Below are positions 1 to 12,127 of a stretch of DNA of 64,000 nt, piece by piece. The stretch comes from Selaginella moellendorffii. Its lineage: Eukaryota > Plantae > Lycopodiophyta. The stretch lies in assembly GCF_000143415.4 (NCBI RefSeq), contig NW_003314286.1:1735718-1799717 (forward strand). The letters are read 5' to 3'. Numbering within the stretch: the stretch's first letter is position 1; every line of letters begins with the position of its first letter. The notes beneath the pieces were generated by a model. That model ran no database searches. It was not told the origin of the DNA and saw only the letters and a list, made by a program, of their open reading frames with translations. The translations under genes were made by a program, and so were the position numbers.

Positions 1-1104
1 CAAGGTTCTTGATCGCATTCTCGCGAGCGGCCTTGAGTGACTCCTCTCTCCGGCTGTAATCAATGGGAACCTTCTGCCTCTTGAGCATTCGCGAAAGAGC
101 CAGTCTGTTCCGCTCGACATTCACGTCGTGAGCAGAATGAAAGCTCCCCTGGCTGCTGCTATCCATCGTGCACAAGGCACGCTCGCTACAACTCCCGTCA
201 ACTTTGTCGTCCTCGCTAACCTTGTGCTCGTCTCCAAACAACGAATCCTCCGCCTGCGTGTTTATGCAGCACACAGGAATCGACAGCGTCCTTGTGAGGC
301 AGTAACCTTCGCCGTCGCCGTCCGGCTGGAACGTACGTGAATTATCCGGCTTCAAATCACTGTCTTCCATCCACTCGGGCTCTAACGACTCGTTCTTGAC
401 ATCCACCACCAAGTCTGAGGAAGCACCAGTCTGAAGAGCTTCCGGTTGAATCCCATCGAGTTCCTGCTTTACTTGAACTTCCTTCTTCGGTTTCTTGGCC
501 TCGGGTTCCACGCTCTCCACTTCTTTCCGCTTCTTCTTCCGCTGAAAGGTCTTTTGAGGCTTCGAAAACCTGCTAATTCCAGCGTCAACCACGCCGTCCA
601 AAGCCCCGCAACCCCTGCCACTCCACGCATTTGTTGAAGCATCCCATGCCTGGGATACCCTCAAACTATCCACACTAAACTCCTGCTTCTCCCCGTCATC
701 CGGGAAGAACACCTGTACATGCGTCGAGAAGACCCCGGGAACGTCCAGCAGCAGGCCTTCTCGCCAAGAATCGTCGAATGCCTCTACGCGGAGCCCCCTC
801 TGCCAGTCTCCACGACACATTTCCGAGCGATCCGGCGGTCTTGGTCTCACCCGACTGGATGCCTCGGAATTCCTGCCTAGAGAAATCGATTCTTTCCCAC
901 CAGAATCGTACTCCACTATCCTAATTCTAGCTCGGGCCTCCACAACCTTTGCCGGGCACCAGCAAATTCGCGTTCCATTCTTCCTGACCTGTGCTTCGAA
1001 AATATTCCCCCGCTAGAACCTCGGAAGAAGAGAAGCAAGAAAGCGCTTACCTCGACAAGCTCCCCGGCAAGAAAGCGAGAATCGTCGCACACATCCACCT
1101 CCAT
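1..1104 (-). CDS. Agenet (plant Tudor-like) domain chromatin protein, 5' part; continues beyond the left edge
   Basis: Exon 1 is 1104-1051 (MEVDVCDDSRFLAGELVE), followed by a 62-nt GTAAGC..CAG intron (1050-989). Exon 2 is open from 988 to base 1: VRKNGTRICWCPAKVVE..VRPRPP..DWQRGLRVEAFDDSWREG..VFFPDDGE..LRVSQAWD, then a basic NLS-like KKKRK. These motifs match tandem Agenet repeats. Confidence 0.75.
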
Positions 1105-1698
1105 CGCTCGCGCTCCTGCTGCCGCTGCATGCAATGCCGCATGCCCTAGCTCCGAAAACCCTGGAGATCTTTCGCCCGCCTCTCCAGCGGCCGGGCCTTC
1201 CAGCTGCACGCCGCGACGCGCTGGTCCCGCAGCGGCAGCACAATCGCTCGTCCCAGAGAAAGAAGATTTTAGGGTTTATCAAGTTATCCCAAGAACCCTA
1301 AATTTCCGAGGAGTTGGGATGATCTCCGTCATTTGCGGTTGGGAAGAACCCATCGATCGATGCGCCGGGTAAGCTGCGCTAGGGCGACGGGGAAATTCGC
1401 CGCCAGCAGCCACCTCCCCGTCAATGGCCGCTATCAAGCAATCAATCCATCGCGAGAGAGCTCCAGAAAATCATCGAGCTCACGCGATCCTCCGGATTAG
1501 CGCGTGCCAGAGCGACCCCACTGCGCTGCTCTCGCTAGCTCCACACGTGCTTGCTGGATCTATCAATCAATCCATCCATCCATCAATCTAAACGTATTTG
1601 CTTCTTCGTCTTCTTCTTCTCTTTCCCCCTCCTGGTCGTCGCCAGAAACCTCGCAACGGGATTTCCTCCATACCACATTCCCAGAAAACGAAGAAAGC

Positions 1699-1732
1699 GA
1701 GAGAGAGGAGAGAGAGAGAGAGAGAGAGAGAG
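1699..1732 (+). repeat. (GA)n microsatellite
   Basis: A gagagag run is directly visible; similar (CT)n tracts occur at ~5402-5428 and ~62010-62035. Confidence 0.9.
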
Positions 1733-3071
1733 GGAGGACAGGGAGGGACGCTTCTTCTTCCTCTCAGCTAGCTATTTAAGGCCGTATAGGTAGCTCTCCT
1801 CCTTCCCAGGTAAATCCGCCATAGCTCCAAGCTCAAACTCATAAGCTAATCAAATCAAGGAAGAGCACCACACCACCTTTGCTTTCTTTCCCGTTTCCTT
1901 CGAGTTTCTTTGCTTCCATCCGAGGAGATTTTGTCGCTTGAACGTGTCCCAAGTAAATGCCCGGCGAGAAGCTAGCGAAACCATTAACCTTAGACTGCTG
2001 TTCACATCGCCGCATTCATTCGATTTCTTCCAAGTTCCAGTCCTCCCCCGCATGATCCACACGTCGCAGTTGCCACCATCGCATCCGCGGCGATCGCTGC
2101 TGCCACTGCTCGACTCGCCTGATCAATCAATCCGTCGCAATCATCCTTCATTCACAAGCTCCATTCTCTCTAATTCAAAACAATCTGACCAGGCCCCAGA
2201 GCCACATGAGACAAATTTGATTACTCGCAAATCCTCAATCAAGAAATTGGAAATGCTGACACTAGCCATAGCCAGTCAATGGTCAAGTGGAAGAACGAAG
2301 AACAGCCATTATGGAGCAAACCCAAACTCCAACTCTTCTTCCACGCACCAGTTACAGACGAGGCTTGCTTAGAGCGCCATAGCCAAGTAGCACTAACTTC
2401 TCACACACATCTACACACATTTTCACACACTTACACTACCTACACACACATTCTTAGCGCAGCTTTCAAGGTTCTAAATGATTCGATGAACGAACAATCT
2501 AGCCAGCTTGAATCGCCCGACTCGACCCCCGGGCCCCGACCCGATCGATGAAAATCTCTGATCGCACAAGGAGCGAGTACACTGATGGGACGAAATGAGT
2601 GAAGGAAAGAGCACAATACAAAGCAAGCGAACAAAACAAACCTCGATGAATTATGTGTCTTGTCTCCTCCAGGACATCCTCCTTTTAACTTATAGACTAT
2701 ACGAAAGATCGCCACCGCCACCATTCTCCAGATATCGATCAAGATCGATTATATTCGTATCATGGTCTAAAGAGATACGCGATGAAACGATTCCTTCCAT
2801 GTTTTAGCTTAATTCATGGAGCACGCTCCAGAAACCAACAAACAATACAAAGCCACCACTACACCACCCCACAAAAGCCAACAAAAGTTAGTTAAAATTC
2901 CTCTTAAAATGCCTGCCTTGCTCCAGGCAGATCGAAAGCTACACCACACTCTTTTTGATCGATCCATCCATGGATCGAGCGATCGATCGAGGCGTGATCG
3001 CTGTGGCTTCCAATCCCAAATATTATAATAAGAGATACTTTCTTTCCCACCGCCTGCCTACTGGAGAGCGC

Positions 3072-4934
3072 TCAGAGCGACATTCTCAAGAACCTGCCTT
3101 GTTCCTCCTTACTTTGACCGTGCCCGCTGACCGTGCTGACCGCCTTGACCGGCGCCACGGACCGTATGATCTCGGCATCCAGCACGAGAGGAGAGTGGTG
3201 TTGGTGGTGGTGGTGGTGGTGTGGATCGGGACGAGCAAACACCTTGGCCTTGGAACAATCTTCGCTGCCGGGCTGATCGACGCACACCGCCGGCGGCATG
3301 CTGTCCTGCCAAGTTATGCAGCTGCTGCCCACGGCATTGCTGCTGCACGGCGATTGATCGTTGCTGCTCCACTCCTTGGCGAATGGAAGAGCGATTGCGC
3401 TCGCGTTAGCGGCGATGGTGGCGGCGTTTTGATCCATCCGGCAAAGCCGCTTGTCGTCGACATGATAAGCTTGAGCTGGGTGAACGAGAGACGTTTTTGG
3501 TGGGATCGCAGCGATCACTGGCTGCTGCTGCTGTTCGCCCAGATTTTTATCGCTCCTGCTCTTAGCGAATCCTCCCAGATCATCGCAGCTGCTGCCGGAT
3601 TGATTCCACGCGGCTGCAGTGACGGGAGTAACGGTGACCGGGCTGCGTCTCCCGACTTTCTTGAACCTTATGCCGCAAGCATTGCAAAGAGACTGCAAGA
3701 AGAACACGAGCAGCATAGACGTGAGAAGGAATTCACCATGGAAAGTTTACTTGCGTTTGAGAAGGAGAAGAGTAGAAAAAAAACGACACTGAAACGAACC
3801 TTTGGGCCGAGCGGACCATTCCTCCACAGCGGCGTGGAGCTCGTCCCGCAGTGAGCACAGATCCTGGGAACGTTGCGCGGGTCGACGTGAGCGTCCACTC
3901 CACGGAACCTGGAGCGGGTGGAGCACGGATCCAAATTGTTCTTGCTCCCCAGGCCGCCATTGCCGTTGCCGCCGCCGCCGCTGCCACCCGTGTTAAACTC
4001 AAGGAACCCGAACTTGTGAAGCTCCTGGGACGGCGAGAAGTTGGCGGCCGGAAACTGTGAATGCAGCACTGGGTGGCGGGCGTAAAAGTCCTTGGAGGTG
4101 CTGTGGGCGGCGAAGCGAGCGGCGGCGGCGGCGGCAGCGATCCTTCGAGCGGCCGCCTCGGCGGAGAAAGCCCGCTGCTGCTGGAGGAAGAGCTCGTTGC
4201 TCGTCGCCCAGTGCGTTCCAGATTGCTGCAATGCAAGAAGAAAGAGTGTGTGAGATCGTGAGATCACATATAGTGTGCTTGTCAGCTTAGCAGGAAACCA
4301 AGGATAAAAAAATGGAGTTAAAAAATCGCGACCAACAGTGGAGCCGGATGAGAGAAACAACACTTCCACCAATCACCCAGACAAGCGAACAAAGCGAGCA
4401 AGGGAACGAAGCAAAGAAATGAAAAGAAAGAATGTAGCGATGGGAGGAGACACAAGAACACCATTCTTCTCTCAAACGGTCCATTTTCTTTCTATCCATT
4501 CTCTTTGCCATTACCTGATAGGAAGGAGGAGAGGCCAGCTTTGGAGGATCGATCGTCTTGGCCGGCTCGGAGATGGGCGATCCGGCGCGCGACAGCCGAT
4601 TGGGCACCTCGTTGAGATCCGCTGATCTCGATCGCGTCAGGGCATTGCCGAGCGATAGCGTGCAGTCGACCGCCAGCGAGGGCAAGGATGCGGCGGCGGT
4701 GGCGGTGGCGGCGGCAGCCGGATCGGCGAGATCCCAGTGGAGGTGGAATCGCTTGGTGGGCGAGCTGGGGCAGGAGGAGGAACTGGCGGCGGCGAATCCC
4801 CGCTTGGGCGAGCTATTGCAGGAATTGGGCCACGAGGAGCTCACCACCGAATTGGCGGGGCTCAGGAAATCGGAGGATAGCGAGAGGCAGGTACTGGGCG
4901 ACGACGCCGCCTCCATTCGTTCTTCCCTTTTCAT
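3072..4934 (-). CDS. B-class GATA transcription factor (HAN motif + C-X2-C-X18-C-X2-C finger + degenerate LLM-like tail)
   Basis: Exons 4934-4515, 4225-3800 and 3692-3072 with GT/AG junctions. The spliced finger reads CAHCGTSSTPLWRNGPLGPK|SLCNACGIRFKK. The N-terminal VDCTLSLGNALTR is a HAN motif, and the C-terminus is KEEQGRFLRMSL*. Confidence 0.9.
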
Positions 4935-5516
4935 CTAGCCTAGGATCTTTTCTTTCTTCGATCTTCCTCGGCGCCCAGCACTGATCAAGAACACATGATG
5001 TTGGTGGTCCTCGAATCGAAAGATCTCTTCCTTTTATCCCTGCCGCGGCTACCAGAGACCCTGGGGATGAGAGAGAGAGGGACAGGAAGAACACCACAGG
5101 AGATCGCAGCAATCATGCTGCATTCCATTCCATGGCTTCGTCGTGGAGCTCACGGCCAGAGAAGAGGAAGGAAGGAGAAGAAAGAAGAAGCCAACAAGAG
5201 ACCGCTATAGGTAGCAGCGAAGACGAAGAACTGTTTCTACAGCGATGGATTCATCAGAAGCTTGCTCTTTTCTCTGGACTGGAGGATTGATTTGTGAGTG
5301 ATGGGGATTCTTTGGAAAGGCCCAGCGGCAGCGCAGCAGCAGCAGCGGCGCAGGATGGTATAATGGCGAGCCTCCAAATGAAAATCCTTCCTTTCTTCCA
5401 CTTTCTCTCTCTCTCTCTCTCTCTCTCGCTCACAGAGATCCGTCAAGACGCTGACCCCTCGCCTTGTCTCTAGCTTATAGTAGCAGCTAGAACGCAAGAC
5501 ACCTTAACACCACTAG

Positions 5517-5527
5517 TTTTTATAAGG
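5517..5527 (-). promoter_or_regulatory. Putative TATA box of the GATA gene (CCTTATAAAAA)
   Basis: TATAAA on the minus strand ~590 bp upstream of the ATG, followed by a GA-repeat leader. Confidence 0.4.
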
Positions 5528-7442
5528 CGATCAGATCAGACAGAACGGAGAGCGAGCGATCGATGGAGTCAAGTGGAGTTGCGCGGGTGAGTGAATGAGT
5601 GAGAGAGATCAACGTACACACGATCGCCCAATTCTCCATCGAAAGAGACACGCTCTTGAATGAGCATGAGGAAAGATCTCTCACAATCTCGTCGAAAAAA
5701 AAAAAGAGAAGGGAGCGATCGATCTATCTATCTAGGAGGATGATGAATGTGGATGGGATCTATCTCAGGGAGGCTGGCATGGCTTGATGATCTCGTTTTC
5801 TCTTTTTTTCTTTGTTCGTCATCCGTTCCGTCAAACAGTCCTTCCCCTATCCCTCTCTCTTTCTCTCCGACCTCGACCTCTGTGACCACTTTCAGAGACC
5901 GGGGGCCGAGCTTGCCAGCCGATAGATAGATATCGCCATAAAGAAACGAACAGAATTTCCTTCTCGGCCTTGTTGGTTTCCGGACAGATCAGAGGCCGGC
6001 CTGGCTTGGCCAACAGTGAGGAAAGAATTTCTTTTCCTCCATGTCTCTGGAAGAAAAAAGAAAAGAAAAGAAGAACAACACTGGGAGGATCCAGTAGCTC
6101 TCTCTAGCAGAAGCCACAGAAGCCACAGAAGGAAGAGAAGAAGGGCGGGCGTCGACCAGAGAGGGAGACGAGCGAAACGAGATTCCGGGGAAGAGGTGGA
6201 ATATTAAACACCATGAAAACATTGTGCGGAGATTAAAAAAATGGATGGCTTTGCTCCAGAGGAGGCAGCAGCCATAGCCAGAAAGCACGGGATGGATCCG
6301 AAAACGTCAAAAGCCCAATGAATGCCGGTGCCAGACAAGGCACATGCATTGGGATCGAGTAGTGACCCGACCCGACCGCCGCGATCATCAAGCCGAGACG
6401 ACGAGAGATCTTTTCTCTCGAGTCCTCATCTATCTATCCTTTTCCTATTTTTCTTCTTTTTCTTATTCTTCGTTGTCCACCGCAGGCATTAGAGAGATTA
6501 AGCCAACCTTTTTGTTCATTGCGTTTGCTTGTTCCTCCCGACAGCTCTCTGGGCTCCTCGTCTCTATCGTGTTCTCCGGTTCTGAGAATCTAGACAAGTC
6601 GACAGGAAGGAGCTTGGTAGATCCTTGTCTATCTCCTTTCCCCCGTTACCCACAGCTTAAACTCTTGGATGATTTGCGCATGATAGCTTCCGGATCTCTC
6701 CTAAGTTCGTGGTTTTGCGTTGGCCTGATCCACGGAGAGAGTGGAAAGGGACCAGGGCGATCATCCACGAATAAAATAACTTGCACGAAAGAAAAAAGAA
6801 ATCTCCACAACTCACAACACCCCACCTTGTCCATAATTGCCTGATTGCGATCCAACAGTGAAAACACCACCACCTCCATGACAGAAAACACATTTTTAAA
6901 GTTCACAATATATGCTGTCTTACGGCCCTTGGGCCATCACTACTGGCTGCCGTGCTGCTTCTTGTTGCTGCTGCTTAGATCTCCCATATCTCTGCAGCAT
7001 TCTCAGATCTCTCAGTGTGATGCTTGTGCTTGAGTGACCCCCCAAAAACCCTCCCCAAGGACCACAAGTTCGCAATTTTTAATGTAGGTGTGATATCTTC
7101 CCACTTAGTTTTCTTCCAGTGGAAGGGAGTTGTGTACGCTGTACAAGACCATAGACGTAATAGTTAGTGAGCGACTGTGTTCTTGTTGGTGAGTTGTTTC
7201 TCTGTGTGGATCTTTGGCTACAATTTTCCAAGTCCCCCGCAGTGCCAGGGGGGACTCAGATCAATCAATCAAACTATGGCCGAGCTTTTGAGATAGATGC
7301 CGCTGCAGACAGCTAGCTATAAGATATACATCAAAGCTTTGCTTTCTCTTTTGTATTGTATATGTGCTTTTTCTTTCTTTCTTTCTTTCTTTTTTTTCCA
7401 CTCTCTTCTTTTGGCAGTGGACAAGTTGTGCATGGTTCCACG

Positions 7443-9240
7443 GGTGACAGGAACCACCGTCGTCTCCCTCTCGGCTTCTAGCTCGAGTTCTTCTAGACAG
7501 AGCGAGGGAGAGAGAGAGAGATCGTGATCTTTTCATCGCTTTAAAACATCGATCACGTCACCAAAGCTTGGGCTTTCGATTTGGATGATATTCACTCTCC
7601 AGAACTTCTAGTACCGAATGCGGCCGCGCGGGGATTAATATAATCACTTGCTTTTTCCGCTTTAGAATCATACGTTCTTCTCAACAGTGATCAAGCTGTG
7701 AGTGTGATCGAGCACGGGAGGAGTGTACCACCCGCCACTGTCGTCTTTGTTGGGCGCTGTGCTCGTCCAGGAAATCAATCAGAGGGGAAATCACTGCATT
7801 TGCTTTTGGTTTTCTTCCTTTAAACGCTGTCGTAGAAGCTCGTGTTTGTCCAAAAGATGGAGAGTAAACTTAAAGCTTTAGTGATGATCAGTGATAACGA
7901 CGACAACAATTACACTCCCTACACTCTCTTGGATTTGAAGTCGAAGCTCCTCCGTTTTGCACAGGTAGATGGCGAGGTGGTGGGAAGCTTTCCAGGAGGC
8001 CAGGGAGATCTCTCTCGCTCCAAGGGATCCCGGGGAACTGGTCCCGCAAATGCTGAAAAGCTGCACAAGTGGTTCCTCGCTCAATGCGGATGGAGCTCGC
8101 TGGACTTAATTAAATGGTACCATGTAGGGGCCAAGGCTTCAGACTCGCTCGATCACAGGCTTCGCAGATCTTTGTAGTCGACCAGTTCCTGAGCTGCTTG
8201 ACTGCCTTCGACAACCTCTCGTTGCCTCTTTCAGTGGTGAATTGTTAACTTTGAATCAATGCATGTATTACGTAAGTGATACCTTCGTATGTAGCACTGG
8301 TGTTGTAAAAATTCCACCACTGCTCTGGCTTGTCCCCCGAGTTTAACGTAAGTTTGTGTTTCGTGTTGCCCTCGAGTTTTGGAGACACCCGGAAGTTCCA
8401 TGTTAGATCCAAAGGTACAGCTCTCTTCCTGAATGGTCGAGGACTGCGTAACTCATGGTCTGGGGATGCCGGATGGGACTATCCACGAATGCCTAGGTGT
8501 TCAGGCGAATGGCAAATAATGCATGATGCTCTTATGTTGTTTCAACACTTCGTCGTCTTCATCTGAATCATTCCCGTGGCAAAATCTGTAAGCATCTATG
8601 GATCTAACAAAAACGATCTAAACTGGTAAGTAGTTTCACCTTAGTTAAAATATAACTGATCGAAGTCAGATCAGAGACAGATCCATGAATAAATCAAGCA
8701 CTGAAGAAACTTGCTTGTCTGATTGCGTTGCGATCCAACAGCCACCACACCCAAAAAAAAGTGTAATTTATAAGTACACCAATCAATCAGAGATTTATCC
8801 CCCTCTTTAGTATTATATTTCTTTCTGCATGGTGACAGGAACCCGTCGTCTCCCTCTCGGCTTCTAGCTCTCGGGTTTTTCTATGCGCAAAAGAGTGAGA
8901 TCTAAGAGCAAATCCTGGCTTCCATCGCTTTATACATTGCGATCACGTCACAAAAGCTTGGGTTTCGATTTGGATCGTGGAAACTGTGAGTGATATTCTC
9001 TCCGAGTCCCAGGACGGAATCAGCGCGGGGGTTAAAATAATTGCTTTCTCTTCTGCTTTTCGAATATGAAGATGTGAACAGTGATCAAACTGTGAATGTG
9101 ATCGAGCACGGGAGGAGGAGTGCGCTAGCCGCCACTGTCTTCTTTGTTGGGCGCTGTGCTCATTCAATCAATCAATCAGAGGAGGGGAGTCTCATCCTGA
9201 TACCGGCCTGGTCATTTGCCTTTGCTTTATGTTTTTTAAT
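7443..9240 (+). repeat. Diverged local duplication (~7443-7810 vs ~8831-9240)
   Basis: Shared colinear blocks: ggtgacaggaacc..cgtcgtctccctctcggcttctagctc, catcgcttta..gatcacgtca..aaagcttggg, gtgatcgagcacgggaggag..tctttgttgggcgctgtgctc. Confidence 0.8.
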
Positions 9241-9743
9241 CTTTGCTTGCTTGCTCCAGCTTCTAGACTTGGAAAGACGAAGGCGTATATCCAAGAGATC
9301 GAGAGAAAAGCTTTAAAAGGATGGCGGTCAGTGGCGGGCCTTTAAAGATCCGTCTGAGATGGCGGCGCAGAGGAGGAGAGAGCCACCATAGCTACAGCTC
9401 ATGCGAGTCGCGGCAGCCCTTGGATGCGGAGGATCGGAGGGCGGGGACGGACTAGAGCTATGCGCCGTCAGATGGAAATGTCAGGCATCGATCGGACAGT
9501 ACCCGTTGGATGGTCTTTCCGGAACGTAACGGGGATCAATCACAGAATGTACTGAGGTGCGTCAGGTCGTCCGATTGGAAGGCATGAGCGGTGGTGGGAG
9601 AGGCACGCAATCGCGGCACGTGTGGTCCACCCAGTCAGTGTTGTGGTCTATGCCTCGGTATCACGGCATACGCTCTGGGAGCATGAAATTGACGGCGGGT
9701 ATGATTGTTTTAATTAATAGAAAGCTTTTTTAAAAAAAAATTA

Positions 9744-9832
9744 ACTATCTACTTAGTAAGCTAGATTTGAAAATCAACAACTTTTATTTTAAAAATTGTT
9801 GATTTTCAAATCTAGCTTGCTAAGTAGATAGT
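9744..9832. repeat. 37-bp inverted repeat (one mismatch) with a 15-nt spacer
   Basis: actatctacttagtaagctagatttgaaaatcaacaa (9744-9780) pairs with ttgttgattttcaaatctagcttgctaagtagatagt (9796-9832). Confidence 0.9.
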
Positions 9833-12127
9833 AAATGTTTCAAATAGATCCACTAGATCTATAAATGACATGATGTCTATTAGTCAGCCAATGTGAGCAA
9901 ACATGCAATGGGGCACCTTTTGCTCTTGTTTTACAAAAGTGATAATAAGCCTCTAATTGAGCTTACAGAAGGCTTACACAAATTTTGGGCTCTACATGTT
10001 AATTGCTCTAAGGTAAAAGGGCAAGCATCCTTTTGATATTGTCATGCTATATGGAAACTTATGATAACTAGAGTGTATTGGGATCCTAGCTAGATTGTAT
10101 TGTGGTCAGCTCAGTAGTGGTGTTGTGATCAAAGGAGTTTATATAGACCCTATGAAAGATATTTTAAGTATAATGTCTGTACATTTTTCTTAATGCTTCA
10201 ATTAAAAAGTTGCATAAAAATCTAAACTACAAAAAGTATTAAATAATTTGGTTTGTTGCATGATCTAGCAATTCCTTTGCTAGCTTTAGCATAAGTTTAG
10301 TGGGATTCTATAGAAGTTTAAAAAAAGTTGTTTAATAACATCTTAAAGATGTATATCTTTGAATATGTATATAGGTAAATCATACCTAAAAATCCTTAGT
10401 GTTAAGGCCATCTTTCAATCTCACATCTCTCAAAAGTCCTATATGTTTTAGCATAGCTTTTATACATTGAGAAAGTCAAGTAGTCAAGTAGCCTCTCGAG
10501 AAAGAGAGGTTAAAGAGCAAAAAAACAAGCAAGCCCATACTTGGACAATGGCCATAAAATCTTCAAATCTATGAAGAATACCCTATAAATCTCCTGTTTT
10601 TATGGAGTAGTGGTGAATATAAATGTTTTTCCCAGTAGTGGTATTTGCATATGTGAGTGAAAATGAAAATGGAAAAACTAGGAGCTGTGATGTATAGCAT
10701 GGTAGAAGAGTGTGTGTAGATAAGAATTTTCTCAAACATGATTTTTCAAGTTGTGATGGCATGATAACACTAGTCTACTGATTGCTTGGAGTTAGAAAGG
10801 AATGATATCAGCCTCTAGACCACATATCATAGTTGTATGGTTGTTTGGTTCCTCTTTATTAATTGGTGGGCACTAGTTGATAGAAAGTCCACCCTATAAT
10901 TCTTGTATATTGTGATGGAAGGAATTATGATGGAGTATGGAGAATGGAATGATCTTAGTGCAAGCATTTGTAGTTAGCTCCAAAAGTTTTTTGCAACTCA
11001 GCAATAGTAAAACTTGTTTGGTGTATATGAATATCCACTTTAGAATCTTGATGCAAGATGTTAATGAAGATATAATACATTGTGGTATAGGCAATGGTGT
11101 AGGAAGTGATTAGGAAATAATTTTGTATTTAATTGAATTAAAATAAAGGGAAATATGTGTAAATAGAATGGAAAGAATTTAGAAACCAACAAATCCAAAT
11201 TGGAAAATGACCAAGCTCCTATAAAAATGGAGTTTATACCACATCATGATCAAAACTTGGGCTTGCTAAATATTAAATCCTTACCCTTGGATAAAATAAG
11301 AAAGTGAAAGAAAGTAGAAAAAAAAGAAAAAGAAAAGAAAAACAAAGAAAAGGAAAAGAAAAGTCACTATTGGTGTTGTCAACTTCTATTAAGTGTAGTT
11401 AATATTGGATTTATTATATGCAATAGTTATCTCTAGTGTTAATCAAAACAACATTTGCAACATCAATACTTTGTGAGATTATTTGGATTTTGTTGAGGCA
11501 ACGTTTTTTTTCAACATTACTTCTCAACCTCCAAGAGTAGCTAATATAGAAATCAGAGGCACTCCAAGTTCTATAACAACAATGTTCATGAATTTGAATA
11601 CTCTCAACACTATAAACTTTGCATCTATATGCCTAACTTAAGCATGAATTTCAATATAAGGAATCTTACAAAATTTCCTAGAGGTGCACTCCATTATTCC
11701 TCTTTATAGGAAATGGGTTATATTTTTAGTTTGCTTAAGTATAGGTGGTAGTGGAAATATTTAGAATATGCTTGGATATTCTAGTATATTCTACCATCTA
11801 ATAGTTGTTATAAAAACGAGCTTAGAAATTTAACATTGGATGAACTGGTGTTGAGTGAACCCCTATGGAGCACTGAATATCAAGTACAACAACTGGTGAC
11901 GGTATGGAATCCTCATCTAGAAAATGTTGGAATAACAAGCTCATCTGGTTTTCATCTACTTAATTTTTACTTTTTTTTTTCTAGCTAATATCAAGGTGGA
12001 ATACATCAAGGTTTTAGGAAAAAAAAAAATCCCTTCTCACAAACTTGGATGGAAGTTATATATTGATAATTCAAATAGAACCCCTAAGGGACTTAAACAC
12101 TTTATTATCCAATACAAAATTCCCTCA

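Noticed and set aside
2955-4984. Plus-strand ORFs up to 299 aa
   Set aside because: Antisense shadows of the GC-rich GATA exons.
5900-7100. Conserved miRNA precursor
   Set aside because: No match to the conserved plant miRNAs I recall and no convincing long hairpin.
7842-8177. 111-aa ORF
   Set aside because: No recognisable domain or exon structure; cannot be supported.
9850-12100. AT-rich tract, probably decayed TE (likewise ~16000-17400 and ~35150-36500)
   Set aside because: No termini or motifs I can assign.
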